This document shows positions 1 to 22,654 of a DNA stretch of 64,000 nt, piece after piece. The position numbers and the translations under genes are program-made. Every line of letters starts with the position of its first letter. Position 1 is the stretch's first letter. Where the stretch lies: the NCBI GenBank assembly GCA_012295275.1, contig CM022665.1, forward strand, positions 49,104,001 through 49,168,000. The letters run 5' to 3'. The notes beneath the pieces are model-generated. The model saw only the letters and a list, made by a program, of their open reading frames with translations, was not told the DNA's origin and did no database searches. The stretch comes from Chrysomallon squamiferum. Its lineage: Eukaryota; Animalia; Mollusca.

Positions 1-1501
1 AAAAAATATACAAAACATACAGATCTATATGTTTACATAGATTTACACATGCACATAAATTCACATAAACACAATCCAAAACATAATTATATCCCACAAA
101 ATAATCGTATTTACATGAACCGTATATGTTAACAAAATATACCAGTAGATTAATTAATTTCCATTAAAAGAAATCATAATAATAAAAAATTTAAAAACAT
201 TTAAATAATATTAATAATAAATAAATAAATAAAATGAGAATTAAAAAAATTAAAAAAAAAAAATCAATAATATTGTCAAGTTAATTAAAATTAACATAAA
301 ATTTAACACTGTGTCAACTTACAATTAACTGAAAATGCACATTATTAGTCTGAGTTTTCAATACGTCAAGATAGTTACTAAAGGGACGTAACTCTAATTT
401 TAATGTCTGCCTTGAAAGTTGCCAATACTAATTTTCAGTAAATTTATATATATATATATATATATATAACAAAATAATATTAAAAAAGAACATTTATTCA
501 TCAACAACCCATCACCATAACAAATGTTATAAATTTATTTCTTATATCCTCAACAAAAAAAAAACAAAAAAAAAACACAACCCCCTCACAAAACAAACTT
601 AGCCAGGATTTCCACATCTTTAATTAATAAAAAAATAAAAATAAAAAAATAAAAATAAAAAAACACCTAAAAGCCCTACTTTTTCTTCTTTAATGTTTAT
701 TTCAAAACAAATATATATTATTTACATCCATACCACATTTTGGTCGATTGCATAAATTACAGAAATACATAAAAAATACTGGCATCCAAATATTTGTTGA
801 ATTTGCAAATATTTAATATGTATAAATGTTTATAAAAATAATGTTTATATAAAATGAGGACAGTGATATTTACAAAACTATAATTAAAAACAACTAAATT
901 TTTATACTGTGTGTAAAGCGTGTAATAATAGCACTGTTTCAAAACGAGGTAAACATTTCCAGGAATGTTTGTACAGTTACTTCCCTTTATTTCGTTCTTC
1001 ATAAATTACGGTAATTAATAATAAGTTTTCAAATTATTATTATTATTTTTAACGTAAAACACTTTAGTATATATTTATAATAGGTGGGTTTTCTTTTTTA
1101 AATAAATAAAAATTATGTGTAAATAATTTTAAGTTTAAAATAATGAAGTCAGCCACTTTAAACAGGTCACATTTCTTCTCAACATTAACTAAATTTGTAA
1201 TGTTATATTCCCCTATGTTTGTTTGACCATTATCATTGCACACCATACAGTGTGTCTGCTCAGCTCAGAAACTGAGTCAGATGTGGATTTCATACATTTA
1301 ATACTAATAATTTTCAGAGAACAAAAAAAAAAAAAAAAAAAACAATTAAAGAATGTAATCGTAAATATTTTAAACATTGTCAATTTGTTTGTTCTTTTCA
1401 AATGATGCACACATTGGTGTAAACTGGAAAATCATTTTTACACTGTTTTGTTTAAATATGGCTGCGGGAATTCTATGTAAATATGCAGGGAAACAAAATC
1501 A

Positions 1502-1568
<67 letters not shown>

Positions 1569-1599
1569 AAGAATAAGTTTCTGTTTATATAGTATTATT

Positions 1600-1639
<40 letters not shown>

Positions 1640-2615
1640 CATTAAACATGTATTTAAATATTTGATGTTTACAAAACTTCTTTCATGTTAAAAAAAAAAG
1701 AAATAAGAGAAAAATTTAAAAAACAAAACCAAATACTTCTGTCACATATAAACTCCAAAAGTATTTCTTTTGGGGTGGGGGTGTTCATCACACCTACAAA
1801 ATAGTCTTAATTAATATATATAATAATTATTATTACACATGTAGTCCTGAACAAATGTAAAGAAATTTTCAGAACTATGGCTTTAAAATCAGTTACGTTT
1901 TAGATTTGTTGTTTGTTATTAAAACATGTACAATCACGTGCAAAAATAACAATTGATGTAAGGCACAAACTGAGATTCAACTCTGAAACAAACACTACAA
2001 CTCTCTAGATGGGGTTATGCCCCTTAATCTCACCCCCAATACCCTGATATTGCTACAATTATCAATTTTGTCATATTTGTACTGAATGCTGTGTTGTTTT
2101 GTGTATATATATATTTTTTTTCCTGAAATTATTATTCACCTCAGAGAAGTGGTAATATCAATATTCATTTTATTTTTTTTAATACATTAACCGAGACTTC
2201 AAAAAATATAAAAATTATTAAATATTTTAGAATTCTGGTGAGATGAGTGCATAATTTCAGACAAAACATTATCATCAAACACAACCTGACAATTCTTGTA
2301 TCTGTTTTAAAATAATAATAAAAAAAAAAACCCTAAACAAACACATGTTCAGATTTAACCAACTAAAAAAATATTTTTAAAAGAGAAACTTTTTTTTTGT
2401 TTATACGTTTGTGAGTCAATGTTGTTATATAACAAAAACAAAAGTAAATGTAATTGTACAAAACACAGAATCTGAAAGATAAAGTGAGGCATCAGCCCTG
2501 TGTGGCTTGTAGACAAAGGTTGTTTATTTTTTTGTTGTTGTTGTTGTTTTTGTTACTGATTGTCAGATTTGTTTGTTGTGAGCACCAAGCTGCAAAATGT
2601 CTCAGCAGTTCTGAG

Positions 2616-8268
<5,653 letters not shown>

Positions 8269-9485
8269 AATTATCTGATATTCATATTTCCAGCTAACGT
8301 AATTTTGACATAAGTGCTGGGTGGTATTGAAACTCCAAAATAGTAGATTGATGTTTGGTTTTTAACTGAATAGTTATTTTAAACTGTGAAAGAATCGTAA
8401 CGTTTATTAAGAAATCAGTTTTTAGGAGTCAATTCGTTTCAGAAGTCCACAAACCACCAGAGTAAATTTCTTTGTATGTTGTAACTTCCTGTAATTTCAG
8501 TATTCATAGATGTAACTCAAAAAAAAAAAAAAAAAAAAAAAAAAATTGGAAAAAATTATAAAATAATTAAAAATAACATATCTGAACTGAACTGGGTTAA
8601 TATTTAAATAATTGTTTATTGGTGGAAACGCGGTCACGTACACACATGATCTTTACAGGCACGTATGTGTATATATCTATATAATTATATATATTATATA
8701 ACAGATAACAACACGACTTATTATTTTCTCTGAGAAAATTTAAATTGTGACTGAAATTGTTTAATTTTATGAAATATCTTTATAGCGAACGTTCTTGATT
8801 ATAACTGAACTGTTACTCATTAAACATATCATCTACTTAAGCTGTAATTTTAAAATAATATAATGTGTTTGTATTTTCAAAATAAATTTAAACTCTGTTG
8901 CTGTTCAAAACGAGGATATTATAGCATGCAATTAGAAAAACAAATTCAATAACATTGCTCTAGTTACATAAATCAAGAATCGAAGAAAATAACCTCGATT
9001 ATTATGCCTGAACTACATCGCGTATCCAAATATTTCCATCCCAATAACATTTATTTGCGGTCCATGTAACTTCAAGTTTGATATTAGTTATATAATTTTG
9101 TACACAGTATATCAAATATTAAATAAATAAAAAATAAATACATTTTTAAAATGTACACTTCTTAAGTTGCCTTGTAATTTTTATTTTAATTTTTTATTTT
9201 AAAGGTAGAACATAAATATATAAAATATATGATGCAAACTTAAAAAAAAAGAAAAAAAAAGACTGTTTAAGTCTCTTTTAAAAATGGTTGGATATTGGGA
9301 ATAATGAGAAATTTTCTAAAGAAATATTAACAGTATTATTCTAGAGACGAGATGTTTGATGTGTTTCAGAAAGTAGCTGAACATCTTAACAGATTTCTGT
9401 ATTAAACAAAACTCAAGGTTTACCGAGACTACCATCAGCAGAAGATAGAAGTGTAAACAAAATTAACAATAATTCGTTTTTGAAA
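8269..9485. promoter_or_regulatory. Putative bidirectional promoter between ZFYVE21 (-) and the Kelch-TM gene (+)
   Basis: Start codons are head-to-head ~1.2 kb apart (8268 and 9486). Inferred from arrangement only; no TSS evidence. Confidence 0.4.
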
Positions 9486-11692
9486 ATGACTGATATACTT
9501 TACTTTATATATAGTATTTTTAGTATTTTTACGTTAATAAGGTGTCAAGGTAAATACTCTTGTTTATTTTTTTATTTCTTCTAAATGATGTTAATATGAC
9601 TTTACACAGTTAAAGTTAAATGATTAAAGTCGAGTAATGACATCGGTAATCATCTTATCATGTAATGTATTATGTAGGTCCGGTTTCATATATGTTTTGT
9701 TGTGTTTCCTAGTTTAAAACTAGTCACAGTGTTTTTACGATCGTTTGAATCACACCATTACTGTAAGATGCATGCTAATGTTAGAAATGGTAGTTTTGAA
9801 CACTAAACCCTAGGAAAACTCTCTTAGACTGGGATTTGAAATTACGATGTTATTTTTAGTTCTTTACATTGATGTATGTTCTGTGTGTGTGTGTGTGGGG
9901 GGTGGTGGTGGAATGGTTTCACTGGTTTTATGCCATGGTAGACAAATAAGAGTTAGGTTATATAAAATGTCAGTTTTTTTAATTAAAGTAGATAGAATTA
10001 CCCTGTTTTTGGTTATAATATAGTTGACCTTGAACTAAACAAACAAACAGAACAAATATTAATTAATAAATAAAAAAATTAAATTAAATAAATTAAATGA
10101 ATAAGTAAGAAAAATAAAAAGATGAAATTCTTATTTCCAAAGAATATATCATAATATTTTGTACTTATGTGTGTGTCTTTCATGTTTGTATGTTGTTGTT
10201 ATTAACATGTATAAAGCATATATCTATTACCTTTGTCAGCTATTTAATAAATGCTTTCATTTTTTGCACAGAATGGTCATGGATTGAAGGAGAAAACATT
10301 GTTGATGTTCCGTCATCAGGAGAGTACCCTGGAGGTCGAAGTGGCAGCAGTGTGTGGAGAGACATGCATGATGATGTGTGGATATTTGGAGGTCAAGGTA
10401 TATCAGTAATTGGAGGTGGACAGTCCATCTTGCTGAATGACCTGTGGAAGTACAGTACAACAAAAGGACAGTGGCAGCTGGTTCATCCTGGTACGACATC
10501 AGTGACATCATCAAAAGACACTGCTGTTTCTCCTCAACCACGACATCTAGCAGCAGCATGTGGGGTGACAGACAAAACGTTTGTGGTGTTTGGTGGCCTT
10601 GGAAAGGCAGACGCAGCGTTTCCAGACACCTGGGTTTATCACGTTGATCAAAAACAGTGGGTCAACGTCAGAGTGCATAAAAATGAGACATCTTTGCAAG
10701 ATAACAAAACAGTTTCAAACCCCAGTCCTCGAGGCGACATGGCCTCTTGGTGTTTGCAAGACAAAATGTTTATCTTTGGAGGAATTGACAGCAACAATAA
10801 AGTGAACAGCGAACTTTGGACATTTTCTCTCACTAATTTAACTTGGTCGGAGATCACAAATCCCAAGAATGTTCCAGACAAGCTGACTTCTGGTTTGAGT
10901 ACAAAGTACCCCATGGCAAGGAATGGGGCCACGACGTGGATTTTCAACAACAAAACTCTGTACATGTTTGGTGGAAACATTCTAAGCACAAATATCCGAA
11001 GTCGACACTTAAACATTGGCTACACATCAGACCTGTGGCACTACAACATCGAGAGGAACATGTGGAACTACGTAACAGGCTTCAGAAACTCTTGCGTGCC
11101 GGCTGTGTATGGACGATACCAGACAAGGAGCATCAACAACATCCCTGGCTGTAGACGCAGAGCTGCTTCCTGGACTGAACAGAACGGAAACCTCTGGATG
11201 TTCGGGGGCGACGGAACCGATTCCGATTTTCCTACCGTTTTCCACACGGCTAAACTCCTTTCAGATCTGTGGCTGTACGAGGTCAAGACGGGAATGTGGA
11301 CTTGGTTTGGAGGTCGGAACAGGGGAGAGTCAGATCCAAAGTACTTCAGGAAAGGAGAATCCAGTTCAGCTGCCCTTCCCGGAGGGCGCTGTGACAGCAT
11401 GGCTTGGGTGGGACCTGGTTTCAAATTCTATCTGTTTGGAGGGCTTGGACACGATGGCAAAAGACATGATGGCTATTTGAATGACTTGTGGATTCTCTAC
11501 ATGGAAGATGTCATTGGTCCAGTAAAGGGCATGGCTGGAGGACTTCTGGTTTTCTTTATCTTACTGGCCGTGTCTTTTGTCCTAGCTATGTGTGTTATTG
11601 CTTTGTATGCCAGGGACAAACACAGTTTGTCTAGTCGCAGGAGACTGCACTTTGATGCCAAGTACAGTAAATTGACAGATACGGTTGAATGA
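9486..11692 (+). CDS. Predicted type I membrane protein with Kelch-repeat beta-propeller ectodomain (~494 aa)
   Basis: Exon 1 (9486-9549) encodes signal-peptide-like MTDILYFIYSIFSIFTLIRCQ with donor G|gtaaat. It joins in phase 1 to exon 2 (10272-11692; gcacag|AA TGG). There are six FGG...LW/W Kelch repeats, a C-terminal hydrophobic helix LLVFFILLAVSFVLAMCVIALYA, and a short basic tail containing YSKL. Confidence 0.85.
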
Positions 11693-12209
11693 CTAGAAAC
11701 GGGTTACTAGTCATTGCTAACCTGCGTGTTCCTTTTATTCATAAGCCAAAAGAAAAAAAATGCAATACTTGTAATGAACAAAATTGTGACAAGAAGAACT
11801 TAGGGGCAAAAGAAATGAGAAAGAAATACAATATTGATTATTTCATCCATAAATGAAATAAATTTAAATAGTTAATTTATTGTTAAGACGAAAGTGCAAA
11901 TTATAAATTTGATCTCAGTTTTATTTTTTATCAAATATTTAAGTGTGACATCATTATTATTTGAATTGTACGATCATTAGTTTTGTAATAATTAACATTA
12001 ATTGTTAAACATTTGATTTATGAATTTAGGCTAATCAGATATATGTTGATACCACCCAAAGGCCTATCCGTTCCACACTTTGTTATGCATCTGTTTATTT
12101 GTATAATATATTTGTGCATGTGTACATTATCCTCTTGCCTTATGATGCTGCAATAATATTTGTCACGTTCTGACCATTCCATATTGACACACCTGTGATA
12201 ACCATGTTC

Positions 12210-12505
12210 CTTTTTGTATCATTGAAACATTCATTTTACTTTTCTTGATGATTGAAATATTCATCTGAATTTTTTGTATCACTGAAACATTCATTTTACT
12301 TTTCTTGATGATTGAAATATTCATCTGAATTTTTTGTATCACTGAAACATTCATTTTACTTTTCTTGATGATTGAAATATTCATCTGAATTTTTTGTATC
12401 ATTGAAACATGCATTTGGGTTTTCTTGATGATTGAAATATTCATTTCAGTTTTTTGTATCATTGAAACATGCATTTGAATTTTTTTTTATCACTGAAATA
12501 TTCAT
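12210..12505. repeat. 60-bp (2 x 30-bp) minisatellite, ~5 copies
   Basis: Consecutive 60-nt lines 12241-12420 are near-identical (tttcttgatgattgaaatattcatctgaattttttgtatcactgaaacattcattttact). Confidence 0.9.
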
Positions 12506-13439
12506 TTGACTGCTGTTTGGTTTCACAGTACTTTGCCTTTGTCCTTTCGAGTCCTGCCTAACTGTTCAGAATATTTTTCTGGAACATTCTACATGCATCT
12601 TGCTATTTTATCGGTGTATGACAGCAATTTTACTTTCAAGTCCAGCCTAAATGTTCAGTATGTTTTTCTGGAACATTGTAGAGTCATGATTAACATACTG
12701 ATCAGTACATGACAGGAATTTTCAGTAATTCTTGTCCATCCTGTTGGCTTTAGAACTATTTTTTGTTTGATTTAACTTCGTCATGTGTTTTTGTATACAT
12801 GCTTTATATATATATATAACAGAAAGCTGCGAGTTAATGCTGTGCACTGAAAATTGTATTGATTGTGTACTTATTACTTTATTATTATTATCATCATTTG
12901 TATTATTATTATTTTTTTTTTTAAATCATGACATCATTGACAACAGCTATTTATACCCAGTTATTTTCAGAAAACTGCTACTTTCAGCATTATGTTGTTT
13001 ATATTTAGGTATTAATTCATGTGTTGATCATATATAAATTGGTTCCTTAATGAAGAACTGTGTTTTTTTGAGAAAAAAAAAAAAAAGAGATTGCTTTTAT
13101 CCTGTATGTTTGATATTACTTATATATATATTTTAAATTCTTTATTAAAATCGGGAATCTTATTTTTCATGTTTGGATAGTCATACACACTACTAGTTTA
13201 AAATTTAATTTTAAAAACTTTTATATACAAGTTTAAAAACATGACAGAGTAGATAGCAGACAACATGAACTACAGGTTCTATACCTTTTTTGACAGTGCA
13301 CAAAGTGTTAGATGATACACTGTTTCATACATGTTTTATGTAAACAGTTTAAGAATGGAAACACACTTTCCTTGGTTGGCCATGCCAAAAATTTTACATT
13401 TAGTAAAATAAAGTGCAATTTTCATTTTTGCAATGGTAT

Positions 13440-13895
13440 ATAACAATATGTTAAAAACACACACACACGCATATTACTAACAATGTTGTATAAATATTTA
13501 TATTAAATCTGTACATATATATATATAGGTCTACATTAATAATCTTTAAAATTGGTGTTTGACATCTATTTATCATATATGTGTTTTAACAATATATTAA
13601 AAACACATAGAGGCACACATCCCTTATGCATACTAACAATGTTGTATAAATATTTATAGTAAAACATGTAGGCATAGATCTACAATAATAATCTTTAAAA
13701 TAAGTGTCTGAAATATATATATATATATTAAATCACAAACGCACATCACTAATAATGTCATATAAATATTTATAGTAAAATGTATACTTGTAACATACAT
13801 CTTCTCTAACAGTCTTTAAACTTAATGTCAGAGATACAAATATGTTAATCTGTTTATCATGTACATATATGTTCTAACAATATTTTAAAAACAAA
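13440..13895. repeat. Degenerate ~145-bp tandem repeat (3+ copies)
   Basis: The motifs aacaatat..taaaaacac and actaacaatgttgtataaatatttata recur at ~145-bp spacing. Confidence 0.6.
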
Positions 13896-14534
13896 GAGAT
13901 ATTACATATGCTAGTTATTACATTTACTAATTTTTTTATGTGATGTATGACATATGTATATAGATCTAGCAAAACTACAGAACAAAATCCCTAATAAGAT
14001 TTTTAAAGCTTTATAATAAACATTTTGATTAATCCTTATATTTCACTTTTTTTGTTTTCTAATCCATAACTTCATAAATTCTCAGTTATCTTTAAGCATA
14101 ATAATTATACATTTGCATTTACTGAAATAAAACATTGGAACTGTATTTTGTTTGTTACAGCTGTTTCATGTATTTTTTATTATTATCTCCCTACTGCTTA
14201 TTTATGTTACAAGGAAACCACAGATGAATAAAAGATTCTAAAAAAGGAAGTGACTGCATTTTGAAGGTGTTATTATTTAGCGATATACACTTCCAACTGA
14301 GAGAATAGTTTATAAAATGTTTTGTCTGTTACTTAGAGATAATTAAGTGCAAAAATATCTTCAATTTTTTTTATTTTAATATTCAAAAACAAAACAAATA
14401 TAAAAATAAAAAATACATATATACAATATAAAACAAAAAATATATTTTTGTAAACATACAAAATTAATTTTGAAATTTATTTTTTATTTCAAATGCGTAT
14501 CTGGATATAAAAGTTGCAAGTGTTTGTGGTGATT

Positions 14535-16903
<2,369 letters not shown>

Positions 16904-17151
16904 TTTAATCTGAAAATATTAACACGTGAGAATTCCGAAACTAGTTGATTTATTAAAGGGACTTAACTCTAATAGCATTAACATCCGAACCGAATTAATG
17001 TTTTTTTTTTTTTTTTTTTTTTTCCAAATTCAAACTTTTCATATCTCTTCAACAACGGAGCATAAAAATAGTAATCATTACTATTTATCATAACTCATTC
17101 CATAAATATTTAGTCTTTTTTAGAAACAGAAATGGGTATTTTCTCATTAGG

Positions 17152-17192
<41 letters not shown>

Positions 17193-17258
17193 GGGTTGGC
17201 AACTAAATTGTTTAAATCTATTAAATTAAAAAAATGGCGGGAACTTAGTTGCCAACCC
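17193..17258. promoter_or_regulatory. 14-bp inverted repeat enclosing YY1/E2F-like motifs upstream of TRMT61A
   Basis: gggttggcaactaa (17193-17206) and ttagttgccaaccc (17245-17258) are perfect reverse complements. The spacer contains aaaatggcgggaa. Confidence 0.45.
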
Positions 17259-17444
17259 AATATAAAAACCTATATTATAATACTATATAATAAATATTAA
17301 TATATTCATTCTACGGTTGTTGTTTTGTTTTGGTTTTTTTTTTGTTTGGTGTAGGTGTGCTTTCATAATCCTCATTTTGATTAATAATAATTGCTTGTGT
17401 ATTTATTCTGGTATGCAATTATTATGTAAAGCATGTGCATGCAT

Positions 17445-17479
<35 letters not shown>

Positions 17480-17931
17480 ATATCTATATATTAAATATAA
17501 TAAAAAATTAATAATAATCCAGTTGTTTTTGCACAAAACATTTTAATGATTATTTCACCATTATTTACATTACAGTGGTATAAAAAAAACTGTGGTCCCA
17601 GCAATATAATAATAACAAAATTATATTGAATGGCATTATTATTACAAACAATTACTGTACATTAAATGAAAATTAATACTGAAAATGATAAGGCACACAA
17701 AAACAGAAACACAAACATTTCAGTTACAGAAAATATGTAAATAATATTATGGTGCTATTTTCAGTTTCTCATACAAAAAGAAAGGATTAAATAAAATCTT
17801 ATGGAATGTTGCTGCACTTCATAAATACTAAATATTACAAAATCATTGAGCACTGATATAAAAATATTTTTATTTTCTTTCATTCTCTTAATAAAAAATA
17901 TTTGTTTAACCACAAGAAATAACACTTGTGT

Positions 17932-17983
<52 letters not shown>

Positions 17984-18978
17984 TCAAATTTAATAATTAA
18001 CAAATATGAAACTAGAAATGATCAAAATAACAAACAGCTGAAACTGTAAATAGGACATAAACAGAATCATAATTATGTGGCTCTATTATGAATACAACTG
18101 TTTTGTAAAAATATATTCTCATCAAAACAGAAAAAGAAAAACTGAAAATATCTGCAGTATAACCAGGAATGTGCTTAATACATTATGTAAAACAAAATAA
18201 ATTTGCTGGAATCATATCAGTTATTAGAGTACATGTATTTGTAAATATTTGACATGAATGACTACAATTTTCACACACAAAAATTAAAATGACTTTTAAG
18301 GTAACCAGAAGAAAACGATCAATAAAACAAATTATCTCTGAAATGACGAAACAAAAGAAGAGTGTCACCAGCTAAAACATTAAATAATAAATACACAGAA
18401 ATATGCTTTTAGAAAAAACTCTCATCCAATTTATCTTTCGTGTTTTCCCAGAATTCATTAAACATTAACAATTTTTGTCTGAAACTTAAATTTTTTTTTT
18501 CTTCAAAATATAAAGTAAATAATTGTACATGCTGCTTTGTTTCCTTTTTAAATTTTCTTTTCTTTTATAACAATTAAACAAATACACATGATATACTCAA
18601 CCACTGACTAAAATTCCTATTTTTTAAAACTTTTCACACAGTTCAAGTAATCATTATTTTAATTTTTGAAACTGAAATGAAATTCACTTGGTCTTCAAAA
18701 TTACATACGAATTTTTTTTTTGATTTTTCTTTTCTGAAGACTAGAATAACCAGATCTATTCCTCATTTAAAGAAGTAAAATATAATTAATAAATAATAAT
18801 AATAATAAAAATAATAAATAAATAAATAAATAAATAAGTAATGACTAAATAACCATGACCACTCTGGTAAAACTTACAATTTTCTACAACTGTTGTAACT
18901 GAAGACATGAATCAGAATTCTGACTGAAAATTCGACTAACACAGCAACAGGGAAATGCATTATCTGCATAAAGCTAAC

Positions 18979-19017
<39 letters not shown>

Positions 19018-19377
19018 AAAAATAAATAATTAAAAAAATCAATGATACTCTCTGGTAATTCTGAGGCTACAAGAAAAGACTGTACACTTATGAGCAAATG
19101 AAAAAACTAAATGTCTTTTTTCTCCAAAAATAACATAAAAAAAAATAAACTCAATTTGTCTCATACAATGAATACTGTTCGTTTTTAATACAAATTAATC
19201 AAAATTAAAAACACGAAGAAGAAGAAAGACAGAAAAAAAACAAAAACAAAAAAATAAACTGAAAAACCAAAACAGCACAAAGCAAAGGCCTCTTCACTGA
19301 GTCAGTCTTCATGACGCAAGTTAAATATCACACACTGGAATTTATAAACGCTTCGCAAACAAAACATTCATCTCAGA

Positions 19378-20281
19378 TCACAGAATAAACTCAAAAACAC
19401 CTCCTCCTCCTCTCTTTGTCTTATCTTCATGTAACTGTTCTGCGAAACTTGGGAAATGCTTGAAACAGAGAATCTCTAGCAGAGGGACCACCTGAGAATA
19501 GCAGCCAATGAAACCTCGTCTTACTCGCGAGTGAAACACGTTAAATACAGGACAGCGACATCGACTGCAGAACTGTCGCTTCTTCAGAACTTCTGAAATT
19601 TAAAAAAAATAAAACTGTTTTTAATCATTTATATTTTAGTGAGTCCCTATCAACAGTGACAGACAGATGTTGAAACAACGTGTTGATACCTTCACCTACA
19701 TGATGATTTTGATGATGATAATGATGATGATGATGATTTGGATGATTATCTTTGCGTTCATCTACTCTAGAACTACAACTTAGATTAAACATTTTAATTG
19801 TGACAGTAGTGTTTTGGCTTGTCAGTGCCTGTAAGGTGCTCAGAGTTTCGTTAATTTACCTTGAAGAGATGAAGGTAAGAGGTCAGTGTTTGTGACTCGG
19901 TGAATGATGAGAGTCTGACAGGAGAGTTCCACTAAAGAAGGAAAACTCTGACCAACTTTCAGACATGGCAGATTGGTGATGTCAGACATACTGACAGATG
20001 TACCTGAAACTAAAATGTAACTGGGAAAGGTTAGCTGGTAATTAAATTATTACTTTTTTAACAACGTTTTTTTTGTAACAGTTGGATACAGAAAATGAAA
20101 TGTAAATTGATTTAGAATATAAAAATAATAATACCACTGTTAAAAATGTAAACAAAAAACACAAATCATTTTCAAGAGCACATATATAAATAAACACACA
20201 CATACAAACACATACATACACACATATAAATCTATATCAAATCCCATTCAAATCTATATTTATATATTTGTGTGTGTGTGT

Positions 20282-20348
<67 letters not shown>

Positions 20349-21811
20349 TATATATGTGTGTGTGTGTGTGTATGTATGTGTACAAATCTCTATATCTATA
20401 CAAATATGTTCCTTCATACACACACACACACACAAAGACAAGCATGCACACACACACATACACAGACACACAGACACACACACACAGATTACCTTCCAGC
20501 AGGTTGAGTTTCATGTACTCCATGGTTGCAGGGAGGTAGGTGATGCTGTTGTTGTCTGATAAGTACAGCTCTTCTAACTTACTCAACTCTGACATTTCAA
20601 ACGGAAGTTGTCTTAACCTGTACAGTAAAAAAATAATCATTATCTTTGTTACATTTCCAATTTGTCAAATTTTTTAAATAAAATTTTAAGTTATAATTAG
20701 ATAGGTTATTTAAAAAATAAACACAATATGGCTAATTTTATACCCAATTGCAATGACTTATTTTGAGACTGTGAATGAAATATTTATTTGTTTAATTTAA
20801 AAAAAAAAAAAAAAAATAAATAAATTAAATTAAAAAAGATTAATAAAAATATAATAATAATAATAATAAATTAAATTAAAAAAGGTTAATAAAAATATAA
20901 TAATAAATAAAAAAATAAATATAATAAAAAAAAAAAAAAAAAAAAAATAAAATAAAATAAAAAAAAAAAAAAAAAAAAAAAAAATAAAACAAAACAAAAC
21001 AAAACAAAACAAAATAAATTAGACAAAATAACACAAAACTAATGAAACGAAATTAAAACAATATAATAAAAAATAAATTTAAAAACCCCCAGAAAAGACT
21101 GAAGTCCACCCACTTGTTGTTACTGAGGTTCAGGGTTACCAATGAGACACACCCACCAATGGTCACAGGCAGAGATTCAAGTTGACAAAATGCCAGGTTG
21201 AACTCCTGTAAACTTAGTAAATGTCCAATGCTGTCTGGCAGTCTGTTCACAGGATTGTCCATCAGAGACAGTATCTGTCACAGAAGCACATTTTAAAGTT
21301 ATTTTATGTCCCACATTTGTGTCACAGAACATATTACTGCCCCTGGTACAACCACACAGTTATAAAAGGAATATAAGTCAAACACATTCCAGAAAGCAGG
21401 ACTGAACCAACAGCCAACCACTGTTGAGTAGAGCAATGCATCAGATAATTTTCAAATGTTCATTAAAATTACTGAATAAAAAAATCTTCATTCTGGTTTA
21501 ATAGTATTTGGAAACTGATAAATTTATAAATAACATATAAAAAGCATTTACCATATATATATATATTAAAATTATTATTATTGTTGTTGTTGTTGTTGTT
21601 ATTATTATTAGCATGTTTTGGTTTAAGGGCAAATAGCCACATATTAATGATGCATTTAATGTATTAAGGTTTCTGTTTGTAACCTTCATGTTTTACAGTA
21701 TTTAATAAAACTTACTCTTAGATTGAGCAGACATCCAATAGTCTCTGGCAGAACAGAGATCTGATTGAATCTGAAAACAGTAATTAAATCATATCAGACA
21801 GGCAGACTTAT

Positions 21812-21848
<37 letters not shown>

Positions 21849-22618
21849 GACTGACAAACATAAATCTGTTTATTTTAAAATAAAATTAAACTCACTCTAC
21901 TTCATTTATTAGGTTTTATCATCATCATCATCATCATCATCATTTTTGTTTTAAATATTGAAACTATCAAGGTAAACAATCTCATTAATTATCATTTATT
22001 ATTCTGCTATTTAACAAACAGTCAACTAACAAGAAACGTGGCAGACTCATTATTTATTGTAAAAGCTAGGCTACGTAACATATTTCACTATATTTTTATT
22101 TTCAAGTTCAGTCTACACATAATAATCAACACACCATTTAAATTAGATTAATAATAATCAAAACACTTAGCAATAATAATTAAACATTAATAAAGAGATA
22201 CTTTCATGAATAAAAAAAAAAAAAAAAGATACATGTTTATATAATTTAAACTAAAAAACATTTTATATAAATTAAATATTAAATTATAATACCCAAATAA
22301 AAATACATTAACAAAGAGATATTTTTATGAATTTAAAAAAAAAAAATATATACATACATTATATTTCTAAGATTTTTTTTATATATATAAAATAAATTTG
22401 ATAAATTACAAACCCAAGAAAAAGTTCTTCTAAAGATCCAAGCTGTTTAATTTTGTGTGAAATTTCTTTCAGATTGTTGCCTTCCACATTCAGATATTTC
22501 AGTTTTGGCAAAGTCCAAAGGAAATCTGAAATATAATCATAAACAAAAACAACATTTATCTTTAGTCTTTACAGTGAACAAAATCCAAAACTCATAAATT
22601 AAAAAAACAGTGAATGTG

Positions 22619-22654
<36 letters not shown>

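Noticed and set aside
379-398. Motif taaagggac(g/t)taactctaat shared with ~16954-16973
   Set aside because: Probably short relics of a dispersed repeat; too short to define an element.
10169-10271. ORF-track N-terminus of the Kelch protein (MCVFHVCMLLL...)
   Set aside because: Probably intron read-through. A good acceptor at 10271 and an in-phase signal-peptide exon at 9486-9549 explain it better.
10257-11480. Overlapping alternative-frame and antisense ORFs in the Kelch exon
   Set aside because: Shadow ORFs of a GC-richer coding exon, with no recognisable motifs.
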